Origin: the human T2T-CHM13v2.0 reference genome, Homo sapiens
Direction: 5' to 3' (one strand)
DNA: 64,000 nt
Assembly (NCBI RefSeq): GCF_009914755.1
Contig: NC_060929.1
Under the pieces are notes generated by a model. That model had not been told where the DNA came from and did no database searches. It saw only the letters and a list, made by a program, of their open reading frames with translations. Below, one piece after another: positions 27,892 through 41,530 of this stretch (positions within the stretch are counted from its first letter, which is position 1; every line of letters begins with the position of its first letter). The translations under genes were made by a program, and so were the position numbers.

Positions 27892-30389
27892 TAGTTAGTG
27901 GCAGATATAGAATTCAAATGCAGTATCTTTGGGACCAAAGTCTGTGCTTTTTCTACTTGCTAAGTTTATCACGACAGTGTTCTAAGACAATATACCACTG
28001 GAGATGTAAAGAGAAATAGACATTTCCCCTGCATTCCAGGAGTACATGCTGAAAATAGTGGAGGAAACGTATTCGTGTGGAAATTAATACTACAAAAATA
28101 TCATATTCTATTATATGTTTTGAGAAGTGCCCGTAACAGGCTGGCAAGGTTTCAAATTAAGACTCTTCTTACTGAATTTATAGGGAGAGCTTCTTCCAGA
28201 AATATTATTTAAGCATTAAAACCACACCTTTTAAAATGACAACATTTTACCAGTGTTCATCCCAGATGGGTAGGATTTGGGGTATATTATTTCACAGGGG
28301 GAAGAATACATGCCTTTTATGCGTTTTCCTTTGTTAAAGAATCATATATGAAATGGGATTGACCAAAATGTACATTTTAACCATATATTCTTTTTATTCA
28401 TTTAAGAAACATTATTGAGTAGTAGGCACGTGAGATTTTAAAAAAACAGAGCATCATTTCTGCTCTCAGGGAGCTTACAGTCTATTATGCAGGCATATTA
28501 TGAAATGCAGAAGAAGGAAAGAAGGGAGGAGGGCTCAGACAGGCAAAACCTTGGTTACAGAATGTGCATCTCTGACTATATAAAACTCATAACCAAAGGC
28601 ATAACCATATATTCAGTGTCATTGTATTGGCCATCCTTCTCTGAAGGATGACCACACAGATAGGTTTAGTCTCTTATTTCTTAGATTTTGACTCATTTTT
28701 CATTGTGATGAGATTATCTTAATACATTCTGAAATAAGAGACAAGGAATCTGTGGACTGAAAGTGAGTTTTTTTTTTTTCCTTTTCTTGCATTCCTATGT
28801 AACTCCTATATACTTCCTTAAAATAGATACTGCAATATGGTTTCTTCTTGGTGTCATAAAAATTATTTCGGTTGAAATAATACAAGTTGTAGAAAGTGTT
28901 AAAAACTCTAAATACTGTGTTAGAAGATTTTTCTGTAGAAGACTTTCATTGACCTGTGCTTGATGATAAACGATTTTGTAGGTATTTCCTAACTGAACAA
29001 ATTACTTCTCACTCCCAAATTATCCATGTTTAAAAGGGATAATTAAATTTCAAATGTTTGGAGACATTTTCATGTTTTCTGCATGTTATCTGAATGATAA
29101 GGTACCTTGAAAAATGAGAAACAGTCTTTTAAAAGAAACACTGTAATCATACATTGATTTTAAATGACCCTGTCACACATGAAAACAAATCAGATTGTTG
29201 CTCTTAATGAGCTTTTCAATTTACTATTCAGTAGATCAGATAAGTGGATTTAAGAGGTAATGATCCTGTTTAGTACTCAAGCTTGACTGTCAGATCCTAG
29301 TAGTGGAGAGAAATCCCCAAGGACAAAAGCATTGACACAGTTCTAGATGGGATAATGGGAATCAAAGCTAATGGATGATAAAAGGAATGGTGCAAGTTAC
29401 AAGGATAATTGTGGATTAAAGCACTGCCATGTGTCAATGTTGACTGTTTTTCTAGTATATTATTGGGTCAGATCTGATGCTTTGAGAAACTGTTTTGACA
29501 GCAGAACACAACAGACCTGCCTGCCTAGCTTCCTCCTCTTTTGAATGCCAGGGACACGGTAGGAAAACTTCCTTGTAGGACCCATTGAATTAGAAAGCAC
29601 ATTTTTTAATGTTAAAATGTTTGAAATGTTTAAAATCACATTTTAAAATGCATAATAAAATGATTAAAACAAAAATTATGTCTGAGTTTTGCCATAAAAA
29701 AGGCATTTATAATGTCTTGAAAATGTAAAATTTGATTTTACGAAAGTCCACTGTAGTTATTTATCGAAAACAAGAAAATTAACCAGTAAAGATGTAAATA
29801 CAATAAGAAGAAAATAAGTAATTTGAGATAATGCCATGGACACATCCTTTCCAAAACCAGGATGTCATGGAATTTATTATTAATTTCATTTATCTATATA
29901 AATGATCCTGTGTACCATCAAAGAATTTGTGCTTTGAGTTGTGGTAAAGCTAGTTTAAACATACTCATTCATATTTTCATCTTTGTTAAACAAACGTGCC
30001 TTTTAAATTCCAGTCAGAGTTAAGGGCACACAGTCTCTGGCCCTGGAACTGAGCAAGTGGGTAAAGCAGGGCACACAGTAGGGTGTCTGATCCCTACTGT
30101 TAGTTGATTTTATAAAACTGGGCTTATTTTAAGGATCTCTTGACAGGGGTGCCACTAAAATAAAATTAAAGACAATTGCTATAATCAGTTACTAAATATT
30201 CAAGCTGTTCTCTCTAGCTACTTTTCTTTTTCTGTTGTAATTTACGATTCTATGTATTTTGTCTGTAGAATCCAATATGTGCTTAATGGGAAAAGTCGTT
30301 TCTCTCTCTTTGTGTAAAAACTATTCACATTATAATATAGTCCTAGTAGATCCAGACCGTGTCCTTCCACTGCACATTAAAGCCACGTA

Positions 30390-30805
30390 GTATTCACTTG
30401 ACACATATTGCCCTAGGTGCAATAGTAGGGACACAAAGAATAAGGCATAGTGTCACCCCTCAAGAAGCACTCAGTGTCATGAGGGAGATTCACATCCAAA
30501 CAGTTACAGTGTGAAAAGCGCCATGACAGAGGAATGGACTGGACGTTGTGGGAACATAAAGGAGAGTTCAACTCACTGTGCCTAGGAAGCCTTCAGAGGA
30601 GATGACTTTTGAATGAGTATGAGGGGAAAAAGAGGAAGAAGACTGATTGAGGCAAAATGACCAGCACATGAACACATAAAAATCTGAAATTGCATGAGAT
30701 GTCTCAGTGATCCATCAGCATTTTATTGTGGCTTGAGGTTGAGGGAAATGTGGAAGTTGAGGTAGGCTGAGGCCAAGTTGTGAAATGCTTTGTGTGCCAT
30801 TAATC
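30390..30805 (-). mobile_element. L2 fragment
   Basis: Purine-rich antisense L2 pattern (CCCTCAAGAAGCACTCAG, GGAAGCCTTCAGAGGAGATGAC). Confidence 0.55.
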
Positions 30806-31159
30806 ATGTCGATGCTAGGTTTTCCAAGGGACCCAATTTGTATACTTCTATATACGAGAGAGGTTTGGCATCATGGTGAGCTTAGGGAAACTTTCTGTTC
30901 TACATATCATTCTTCATTAGAGCCCTCTTTGTGCTTAAAGGTTTGTGATTATTGAGGATTGTTGGTAACTGACTTCTTTAGATTCTCTCTCCTCCTTAGC
31001 TCCCTCTTTCCCCCAAACATCTTACAAGCAACAATGGTCACTTTAATCTTGTTAGAGATGAAGGCCTACTCTCATGGGCAAAGTCACAGATATATAATCA
31101 CTGAAATGCTTTTCTGTAGGGCTCAGAAGTTAGTAGGTAAGGCAGCAGGAATTTGAATC

Positions 31160-31310
31160 TCAGTCTTCCTTTCTCTCTCTCTGTTTCTCTCTCTCTCTCT
31201 CTCTTTCTTCCCCAGCTTCTGCTCTCCACCGTTCAGCCCTTCCTGCCTTCTGTCACCCTCTACACCTAACCCTTCCTCCTCTCCCTCTTTTTCTCTCCCT
31301 CTGATTCACT
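31160..31310. repeat. CT-rich polypyrimidine / (CT)n tract, possibly within an old LTR
   Basis: Seen directly in the sequence. Confidence 0.7.
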
Positions 31311-32470
31311 CCATCAGCCTGAGGAGAAGGCTTCCAGACACAGGACTCAGGTTGAAAGCCTGGAACACAACCTGCTGGTTCAAATGGTATTTAAAATCCA
31401 GAAAAGAAATTTCTACAATGGCAGCTTTCCTCCCCTCTATGACCCTATACCTCTGGGTGATTTGTGTTGCCCCTGTGATACCTTCATGACCTATGGTGGT
31501 GTATCAAGCTCGTGTTCAGATATAAAAAACAAAAGACAGAGGGAATAGAAGCTATGTTGCTGTACATAAGAAATAGGCAGATTAGGAGAAAGTGAGAGAA
31601 CACAATCACAGAGGATCAAATCACAGAAGAGAAATCCCATACAGCTGGTGACTGGCAGGGATAACCTGGAATCACACCAGAGCATCAGGGAGTATGGAGG
31701 TGTCAACCCACCTCTCAGCTTTGCCAGGCTAGTAAGGGGTATAAGTGGCATTTTCCCACTTGAAGTGGGATATGTGTTTATAAGCTTAATGTGGCTTGGA
31801 TTGAGACTGAAATGTTGCACCCCAAACTCTGCAACCAACACTCCCTAATTGGAAGCTTAGTGGATTCCCAGGCCCTGATGTTTTCAACAGGGAATCCCTG
31901 AGCTTGGGATTTCAGTGTCAACATGAAAAGTAAGACGTACCTGTATATTTGGGGAAGCTTAATTAGGTAATATTTGAGGAGAATTTCTATAAGTTAACTT
32001 CCTTTGATTTTTTTAAATCCTTATTTTTATAACTGCCTTAAATAATCCTGAAATGGTTAATATTTTGCTGAAATCTAGAATAGGTGGAAAATTTTTAAGT
32101 GTTGGAACCTTTTGTTGAAGTACTCTACTTTCCAGCCCTTTGCATACCTACTCCCGTCTTCCAGAAAGGGGTGGTCTACCACTTTGAGAAAAAAAAAAAA
32201 TGTGTGTGGTGTGGTGGGAGTAAAATGGATATATGAGTGTGTTTGTGTGTAAGCGTTTATATATTTCAAAATAGGAGCGATCTGGAGGAAAAAGTTAGCA
32301 AATTTTAAAATTATAAGATTCTTTTTAAAAAATTCCTTTGCTCTCCCACCCACTCCCTACTTCAGTGTGGATACCACAGTGCATTAAATCTTATGTTTGT
32401 TCAATTCGAATAGTCTTTTGAAAATATATGTTAATAGTAAAACTTTTAACAATGAAATGTTTTAATGCAG

Positions 32471-32544
32471 GTATATGCTCGTATGTCAGAAGTCTTAGGA
32501 ATAACAGATGACAACCACGTTCTAGAGACGTTCATGACAAAAAT
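32471..32544 (+). CDS. RANBP17: RANBP17 coding exon (~exon 15), 74 nt, VYARMSEVLGITDDNHVLETFMTK(I)
   Basis: tttaatgcag|GTATAT ... AAAAT|gtgagt; phase 0 to 2; XPO7-family peptide. Confidence 0.95.
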
Positions 32545-33546
32545 GTGAGTTCTTGTTTTGGTCTTTAATTTTTCTTTTGTTGTTGTTTTAAATGTAATAG
32601 ATCTTTTTATTGTATTTAAACCTTTTTATATATTAATTTTTAAATAAAAGACTTAAAATTATGCTTTGTTAGAATGTTAGCATTGTTCTTAATTGAAACT
32701 TAATTTCACATATTGAAAAGTCACCATCCAAAGGACATTGTAATTTGTCAAGTTTCCATACAACGGCAGCGTGCAGCATCAGATGATGATTTTAAAAGAT
32801 TTACAGACCTTGACTCTTCAGATCAATTGGGCAGCATTTTTTTTTATTTAAAAAGAAAAGCACGCGATTTGAAAGACCACGTGAAGAGATTATTGCAAAT
32901 TGAAATCATTGAGAGAGGTCTGATAGGGCATTCATTAGTTCTAAGAGAAACCTATGGCTGGCAGAGACATATTCATGGAAACTGTCCTTATATTGGACTT
33001 ATAACATTAGCAGAATAAACTAGTTTCTAGTCATAACTTTGTACACGTAGCCAAACTTGTATGCCTCCACCTGGCACCCCGCTTTATCTGTGTAACAGAC
33101 AAACAACACTGTCTTGATTGCAGACAGCAAAGTTAGATAAACAGTCGTGATCATAAGAAGTGAGTTTTGGAGCCACAGATTGATGGTTCATTATTTGGCA
33201 GTAACAGTGAGCCTCTATTTGGCTTTCTTTGTAACTCCTGCTTCTCCTCCCTAATATGTTTTGGGTACAAACTTGATGTTTTCCAGTGAAACACTTAGAC
33301 AACTTTTTAATTTACAAAACTAAATATGTAGAATTATACACCATTTGGAGAGCAATATTCATTGCAGATTGCATATAATTTTGAATATGCTATTGAAAGA
33401 ATAGACAATGTTTTTGAGCCTGTTTTTCACTTTCAAAATATTTGTGATTTAGGTCATCAAACTTACATAAATTTATGTGTATTCTCTGGTTCTCCTTAGA
33501 CAAGCAAATATCTTACTTATAATTAAAGACTTTTTTTCATATTTAG

Positions 33547-33627
33547 TGTTACAAACCTTAAATACTGGGGAAGATATGAGCCTGTAATTTCAAGGACTCT
33601 TCAGTTCCTAAATGACCTTTCTGTTGG
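33547..33627 (+). CDS. RANBP17: RANBP17 coding exon (~exon 16), 81 nt, (I)[26 protein letters not shown](G)
   Basis: catatttag|TGTT ... GTTGG|atatcctttt (U12 donor); phase 2 to 2. Confidence 0.95.
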
Positions 33628-36018
33628 ATATCCTTTTCACTGTATATCTGACATTATGTGTAAACAACCTAGCAGATGCATTTAATTAACCAGGTATTCT
33701 CCTTGTTTATAATTTTTGCAATTTTTTAAAAAAATAAAAAGACCTTTCATTTAGCCTTATCTGTAAATGCATGTTTTTGAAAGGTTTTAATTAGCTGTAT
33801 ACTATGAAGCATTTAGTCGGAATCACTGTTGAATTTATATGGACATATAGATTCCTAAGTAGTTACAGTTATATTTATACTCACCCAGGCTAATAAATGG
33901 TTATATAAGAAAGTCCACATGTATTTTAGTTCATGCTTTTTTGTAATTGTCAGAAATTCGTGTCCTAAAAGAAAGTATGTAACTTAATTTTAAGGAGGTC
34001 AAAATGTTCTAAAAATATTACCTTATAAAAACTGCATTCCTGTGAGTAAATATATCTCTAATATTCTTCAGTTGAAAAGAACATCATTTTCATTAGTTGA
34101 AAGGCACAATGGAGTAATACAAAGAAAATAAGTTTTTTGACCATTTCTTTGATTATTGCCCCCACCAAATCAACATCTAATCTAATCTAAAATAAGATTC
34201 CCCATTATACATTAAATGTTTAGATTTCTCTGTCTAGCAGATTTTTAAAATTCTAAAACCAAGAATCTTCTTACTAAAGTCTAGTTGACAGTATTGTCAT
34301 ATTTCTAACAACTAGAGAGAATCATGTAGATTTTCTTTTCTACATTAGCTATCAAATATATAGGACTTGTGAAAGATAAGTGTTGGATTAATCACTAAGA
34401 TTAGCTGATCTTTTAATATGAGGACAAATTCTGAAAATGGTGGCATTGAATGGAAACCTTTAATGTAGGTTCATTCCAGGAATATGTTTATGTTAGTTAA
34501 GTTTAAAATTGTATTCCTTGGTAAACCATAAAAGATTTCCAAAGTATTAGACACCCACTTTTGTGCTGGAATTTAATATGCAACTTTTTATTGGAAAATA
34601 ATCGTCCTTGTCTGGCAAAATCCACCATGCAATATTTCTGTTAGTAGGTATAATGCAATAAAGCCAGGGAGGGCTATTTATCACTACAAATTTTGAGGAT
34701 TTCAGGATTCTTTTTATTATTTTAATATATTTCTTTGATATTAAATCAGAAAAATGATAAATTACACCTGTCTAGGCTGTTTTTCCTTTTTACTGGAAAG
34801 TGATGTACAACCCAATTCCAATGGTCATTTGGCTTTTTAAGATATGTATTTTTTCTTATTAAAAAAAAAACTCAACCCATATTTTTTTCTAATAATAATG
34901 CTGAAATACTCTTTATTTCTAACATATGAAGTGGTTTATAAGTACTTCCTAGTATTGCAAACTCTGGCCTTTTCACAATGAATTACTTTGAAAGCATATT
35001 ATCTGCAAAGAAGCCTCAGTTATTTTATAGCATATATCTATTGTTTAGATTTACCCTATTTTTTTAGGTTGAAATTGATATTTAGTATAAAATTAATTTG
35101 ATTTGTATTCTTTTAGTATAATTTGCATAATGCCTAATTTATTTGTATCTGCTATTTAAGATCTTTTTCTATCCTATTAAGCCTATTATATATTCTTTAA
35201 TTCAAATATTATAGCCTTTTATTTTACATGCTGTTTATTGCTTTTGAGTACTTCTCAAAGTGAATTAAAAAATCATATTTTCAGAAAACTTACTAGATAA
35301 AAGTTTAAAAGCTATAATATTTTAAGCCAGGGGATAGGAATGATTTCAACATGGGTACATTGATTTATATTTTTTAGCAATTATTTCAGGTTTGCATATT
35401 TAGAAATATATATTAGTTCAATTTGATTTCAGTGCTCAGTTATTTGAATTATAAATCATTATGTCCCTTCTAGCTGATCAGTCATGAAATATCTTTGAAT
35501 TCATTTACATAATGGAATATGTGAGTGGTGTATCTGTTTTAGTGCAGTTACTGGTTACCTAATGCATGTTTTGTTTTTCCAATGGATTTCTTTATTATAA
35601 TGTGTTTTTCAGTCTTGATTTTAAAGCAATACATTATTTCTATATTAGGAATAAGATGACATTCTTCAGCAATAGAAACACGCAAGATCAAAACCATCAC
35701 CTATAGGCCCTTGTTATTGGAAATCTGTTTATATATTAATATTCAAAATATTTTTATTTAAAATATTAGAAGTAAATGAAAAGCATGTTTCTCACTATGA
35801 AGTTTTTTAATGTTCTTTATTTATAGTACATGTCTTCAGATACTTTCTGTTTTATTTTTTCTATTTTATCTGCTTCAGATGAACCTTACTCAGTGTTTAT
35901 GGTGCTCAAAGCCAGTCTCTGAACTTTGGTGGTCTTTTATCTGACCACTTGTTAGAAATTGAAATCACACAAGACCCCCATTTTTAGGAAGTATTAAAAA
36001 GCCTTTGGTTGCCTTAAA

Positions 36019-36197
36019 GCAGTAGTCTCAGACTTTAGTGAGCATCGGAATGTGAGTGCTTTTTAAAACACAAATTGTTAGGCCCCACTCCCCAGAGTTT
36101 CTCTTTCAGGAGGTGTTAGGCCTAGGCCTGAGAATTGCAGTTTTCACAAGCCTCATGTTAAGTTGGTGGCTCCAGGACCATACTTTGAGAACTTCTG
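36019..36197. mobile_element. MER5A-like
   Basis: TTAAAACACAAATTGTTAGGCCCCACTCCCCAGAGTTTCT...GGACCATACTTTGAGAAC. Confidence 0.75.
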
Positions 36198-37089
36198 TCT
36201 TTAGGTAGTTAGAAAATAGAGCTGCATTGTATGTCCTGAGCAGAAAAGTCTGGTACTTCCCTCACAGACACTTTTTCATAGGACTTCATAAAACTCACTA
36301 GACTTACAGTTTTAGAGATAGTCTAGTTCCTAAATAATGATGTGGGGACGTAAGTCCCCAGATTGTAACTGGATGACTGTTGCATTTTACCCCAGAATTG
36401 CTGTTTGCCAAATTTGAAACTTTTCAAATTGGTAAGATTATTGTTATTTTAAAATCCAGTGACCTTTTTGACAGAAAGTTAATGTTTTCCCATCAGATTC
36501 ATTACATGGGTATTTATAATAAATTTAGCAAATACATTTGAGTAACTGTTTAACATACTCTTTATATTTTCAAGACCAAATTCCAAGAATTTCTGAAGTA
36601 GCTTTTTTGAACAGGCACAGAGCTGAAATGACTCTGTACAGAGCCAGCCCGCTGTGTTCAAGTTCAGTACTTGGGGATCTTTCCCTTCTTTGAAATGTTT
36701 CCTGGTCAGAAATTTTAGTTTCTGTCTAAATGGGAAAAGGAGAGATTGTTCAAATGATTGAATCAAGGAAGCTCCTGGGAAAACTGGAGAGAGAATAAGG
36801 GTCATACAGAGCAATCAAGTAAACTTACTTATTTTAAATGCTGAAAACGGAGAAGAGTATCACATTTTATCCAAAATTCTGTTTGTTCGGTAATCATTAT
36901 TTCAAGTTTTTATTCTTTTGAAAGATAATTGATCAGTATTTCTACTGCAATTTATTCTTTACTCAAATTTGTAGCAGTTAACATGCTCCACTTGGGTTTC
37001 AGAAAGGAAATTTCATTCTCTATCAGGCCCTCTGTTGGTGGTTGGCCTTTATTACATAATCATCAAACATGAGAAAACTAAAAATATCT

Positions 37090-37092
<3 letters not shown>

Positions 37093-37138
<46 letters not shown>
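37093..37138. repeat. (GT)23 microsatellite at the tail side of an L1
   Basis: Seen directly in the sequence. Confidence 0.97.
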
Positions 37139-37140
<2 letters not shown>

Positions 37141-37150
37141 TTTGAGGTCC

Positions 37151-38080
37151 TTTTTTTAAATATACTTTAAGTTCTGGGATACATGTGCAGAACGTGGAGG
37201 TTTGTTACATAGGTACACGCGTGCCATGGTGGTTTGCTGCACCCATCAACCCATCATCTACATCAGGTATTTCTCCTAATGCTATCCCTCCCCTAGCCCT
37301 TCACCCCCCTACAGGCCCTGGTGTGTGATATTCCCCTCCCTGTGTCCATGTGTTGTCATTGTTCACCTCCCACTTATGAGTGAGAACATGTGGTGTTTGG
37401 TTTTCTGTCCCGTGTTAGTTTGCTGAGAATGATGGTTTCCTGCTTCATCCATGTCCCTGCAAAGAACATGAACTCATCCTTTTTTATGGCTGCATAGTAT
37501 TCCATGGTGTATATGTGGCACATTTTCTTTATCCAGTCTATCATTGATGGGCATTTGGGTTGGTTCCAAGTCTTCACCATTGTGAATAGTGCTGCAGTAA
37601 ACATACGTGTGCATGTGTCTTTACAGTAGAATGATTTATCATCCTTTGGGTATATACCCAGTAATGGGATTTGCTGGGTCAAATGGTATTTCTGGTTCTA
37701 GATCCTTGAGGAATTGCCACAGTGGTTGAACTAACTTATGCTCCCACCAACAGTGTAAAAGCGTTCCTGTTTCTCCACATCCTCTCCAGCATCTGTTGTT
37801 TCCTGTCTTTTTAATGATCACCGATCATCAGAGTGAACAGGCAGCCTACAGAATGGGAGAAAATTTTTTTAATCTCTCCATCTGACAAGGCTAATATCCA
37901 GAATCTACAAGGAACTTAAACAAATTTACAAGAAAAAAACAACCCCATCAAAAAGTGGGCGAAGGATAGGAACAGACACTTCTCAAAAGAAGACATTTAT
38001 CTAGCCAACAAACATATGAAAAAAAGCTCATCATCACTGGTCATTAGAGAAATGCAAATCAGAACCACAATGAGATACCA
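37151..38080 (-). mobile_element. L1PA (L1PA7-like), 5'-truncated with a twin-priming inversion
   Basis: 3' UTR/ORF2 end on the - strand at 37151-37822, then an inverted ORF2 segment on the + strand at 37824-38080. AATATCTAG is repeated at 37083-37091 and 38080-38088. Confidence 0.93.
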
Positions 38081-38220
38081 ATATCTAGCTTTTTAAAATC
38101 AGACTCTATAAGAGAGTTCCACATTCGTTTTTGAGTTTATCCAAACTTTTTTTTTTTTTTACCTTATGGATACTGTTAACCGCAACAGTTCTCAAGATTA
38201 ATGACTTCTCCATGTTATTG

Positions 38221-38400
38221 CAAGGCTAGCTACATAATTTGCAGGGCCCACCTCAAAAAGAAGAATGTGGAGTTACTTGGTCAAAAAATGTTAAGAATTT
38301 CAAGACCTCAACAGCAAAGCATTAAACCATGAAGAGGCTCTTCTAGGCACAGGGTCCACTATGCAAGTATACAGCCCGCATGCCTGTGGAGCTGGCTCTG
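38221..38400. mobile_element. MER53-like
   Basis: GCTACATAATTTGCAGGGCCCA...TTAAGAATTTCAAGA...AGCATTAAACCA...GCTGGCTCTG. Confidence 0.75.
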
Positions 38401-40365
38401 GTTTGGTTTGATATAAAGAAATAATTCCTTCCATTTGGCCTCAGACTGACTCTCTAAGATTATCCCCTTAAGTTCCTGTACACCTGAATTTGGTGAATGT
38501 AAGTCCCATCCATATGCATGATAAATCTATTTATCTACTAGTTTATTTCAGTCATTTTCGTTTCTACAAGCCAAAGAATCTATTTTCTATCAAAGTCACT
38601 TGATGACCATGAAAATTTTATTTTTTACCCCTACCTTTCCCAGCTCCATTTGTCTTTCTTTTGCTTGCTTGTTTTAAGTACAATAATTAGAACTTCATCC
38701 TTATCTAGAGTTAACATTTAGTAAGACTAAAATAGTGATTTTTAAATTTAATTCCATACTCATCTTGAATCTTATTGACCTCTTTCAATTCAGCAAATAT
38801 TTATTAAGCATTTGCTAAGTACACGGCAAAAGAACAAATAAAACACAGACCCTGCCCTCGTGGATTTTAAATTCTAACAGAATTGACACTGATTGCAAAC
38901 TTCCTTTTCTATATTTCTCCAAAGAGCTTAAAGTCAGTTGTTTTATTAATATAGTTTCTATTTCTTCTGTTTAAATTTAACTCAGATAAATTACATACGA
39001 ATTTTCTGAAAATCTACACATTAAAAATAATGTGGGTATGTGACATTGTGATATGGCTGATTTGAGGGAGCCCCTTTTATTCGAGGTCATTTAGACATAA
39101 GCTTATAGATAAACCATTAAGTATGCAGCTTTTAAACTTACCAAGTAATGTGCAAACCAGACATCCTCACATCTGTTTCTGACCTTCCCACCATTTGGGT
39201 GTGAATCCTGAATGTGGTAGGTGTCAGGAAAGAGTAGAGGATGAGAGATGAAGCAAAGGGCAAGAATGAAACAAGGGTGATGGATGAAATTAAAATTGTT
39301 TATGTCTGTTACAGGAACTATTTAGCAATAAACAGTAATATTTCTGCTTTTGTGAAACAGTATTAAAATGCATTGCTTTATTTTACTGAATACCACCATC
39401 TCCAGATGGTTTGTGAGAATGTTAAATAAAACTAGTTTCAGCTTACATCCCTCAGGCATACTTCTATTAGCATTTTTTATCAGAGGAAATGTTGATTTAT
39501 TTCATTGTTTTCTGTCTTTATCAGCTACAGAAAAGTCATCCCATAATTTATCTCCTCTGTTTGTTTGAATACTAGAATCAGGTGTAGAATCCTCCCTATT
39601 CCTCTTCTGTAGCCCCCTTATTTAGACCTTCACCAAGTTCTTTAGATTTTTGTTTCACAAAATTACGTACCTTGAGTATTGTTTTGATCTGATCATTTCT
39701 CTTCCCAAAAGCCCACAATCTCTTCCACCTGCTTCTTAGGTCAAGCAAAAGTATTGACTTAAATTTGAGTCCTTTGACCGTACTTGACTTACTGAGTTCC
39801 CATAGCTAACTTCCTGATACTCCATTAGACCACAATTTGTACTTTATACTTGGGCCAAGGAAATTTATTTTACCTACCCCTTGATAACCTTCATTATCTT
39901 TCACTGAATCACCACATTTGCCACTCTCCCTCATTTGACACACTGTAACTCAACTAGGTTTATTCAATTTTTCAGTCTTGGCTAAAGACTTAGTAAAGCC
40001 ATCATGAAATAGCTTAATCCTTAGTCCTTTAATACTAAATGTTAATTCCCTTCATTTTCTTTCAAGTCGTGGTTTATTTTTCTTAATGTTTGTGAACACC
40101 TTGTTTTCAATCTACATATCTGGGTATGAATGTAATATAGTTTAGTATTTGCTGGTCCTGTCTCCTATTAGATTGTAAATTATTAGAGATTAAGACTTGT
40201 TTTCCCTTCCTTTATAGTTTCAAAACTTCATACAGTGGGCATTTAGAACTTACTGTTGCCCCTTCTGTTGAGTGATTATGACTTAACTCCTGTTCCTTGT
40301 AAATAATTATTAGTATCCCTTAAGATGCTTCATCGTTGTTATACCTATTTGGATTTTTTATGTGG

Positions 40366-41530
40366 TTTTTTTTTTTTTGTTATACTTTAAGTTCTGGGAT
40401 ACATGTGCAGAATATGGAGGTTTGTTACATAGGTATACACATGCCATGGTGGTTTGCTGCACCCATCAATGCATCGTCTACATTAGGTATTTCTCCTAAT
40501 GCTATCCCTCCCCTACCCCCCCACCCCCCGACAGGCCCCTGACGTGTGATGTTCCCCTCCCTGTGTCCATGTGTTGTCATTGTTCACCTCCCACTTATGA
40601 GTGAGAACATGTGGTGTTTGGTTTTCTGTTCCTGTGTTAGTTCGCAGAGAATGATGGTTTCCAGCTTCATCCATGTCCCTGCAAAGAACATGAACTCATC
40701 CTTTTTTATGGCTGCATAGTATTCCATGGTGTATATGTGCACATTTTCTTTATCCGGTCTATCATTGATGGGCATTTGGGTTGGTTCCAAGTCTTTGCTA
40801 TTGTGAATAGTGCTGCAATAAACATACGCGTGCATGTGTCTTCATAGTAGAATGATTTATCATCCTTTGGGTTTATACCCAGTAATGGGATTGCTGGGTC
40901 AAATGGTATTTCTGGTTCTAGATCCTTGAGGAATTGCCACACTGTCTTCCACAATGGTTGAACTAGTTTACACTCCCACCAACAGTGTAAAGGCATTCCT
41001 ATTTCTCCACAGCCTTGCCAGCATCTGTTGTTTCCTGACTTTTTAATGATCACCATTCTAACTGGCATGAGATGGTATCTCATTGTGGTTTTGATTTGCA
41101 TTTCTCTAATGACCAGTAATGATAAGCTTTTTTTCATATGGTTGTTGGCCACATAAATGTCTTCTTTTGAGAAGTGTCTGTTCCTATCCGTCGCCCACTT
41201 TTTGATGGGGTTGTTTGTTTTTTTCTTGTAAATTTGTTTAAGTTCCTTGTAGATTCTGGATATTAGCCCTTCATCAGATGGATAGATTGCAAACATTTTT
41301 CTCTCATTCTGTAGGTTGCCTGTTCACTCTGATGATAGTTTCTTTGGCTGTGCAGAAGCTCTTTCATTTAGTTAGATCCCATTTGTCAATTTTGGCTTTT
41401 GTTGCCATTACTTTTGATGTTTTAGTCATGAAGTCTTTGCCCATGCCTATGTCCTGAATGGTATTGCCTAGGTTTTCTTCTAGGGTTTTTATGGTTTTAG
41501 GTCTTATGTTTAAGTCTTTAGTCCATCTTG
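40366..41530 (-). mobile_element. L1PA (L1PA7-like), 5'-truncated, ~1.16 kb
   Basis: Poly(T), L1PA 3' UTR and ORF2 C-terminus (the 196-aa ORF 40706-41296 with the CWxGCGE...HCWWEC motif). Confidence 0.95.

Noticed and set aside
32713-33018. 101-aa ORF in the 1-kb intron
   Set aside because: TTG start, no recognisable homology and no convincing splice sites; better explained as non-coding sequence.
40706-41296. Longest ORF in the track (196 aa)
   Set aside because: It is the C-terminal fragment of L1 ORF2 in a truncated L1PA, not a gene.
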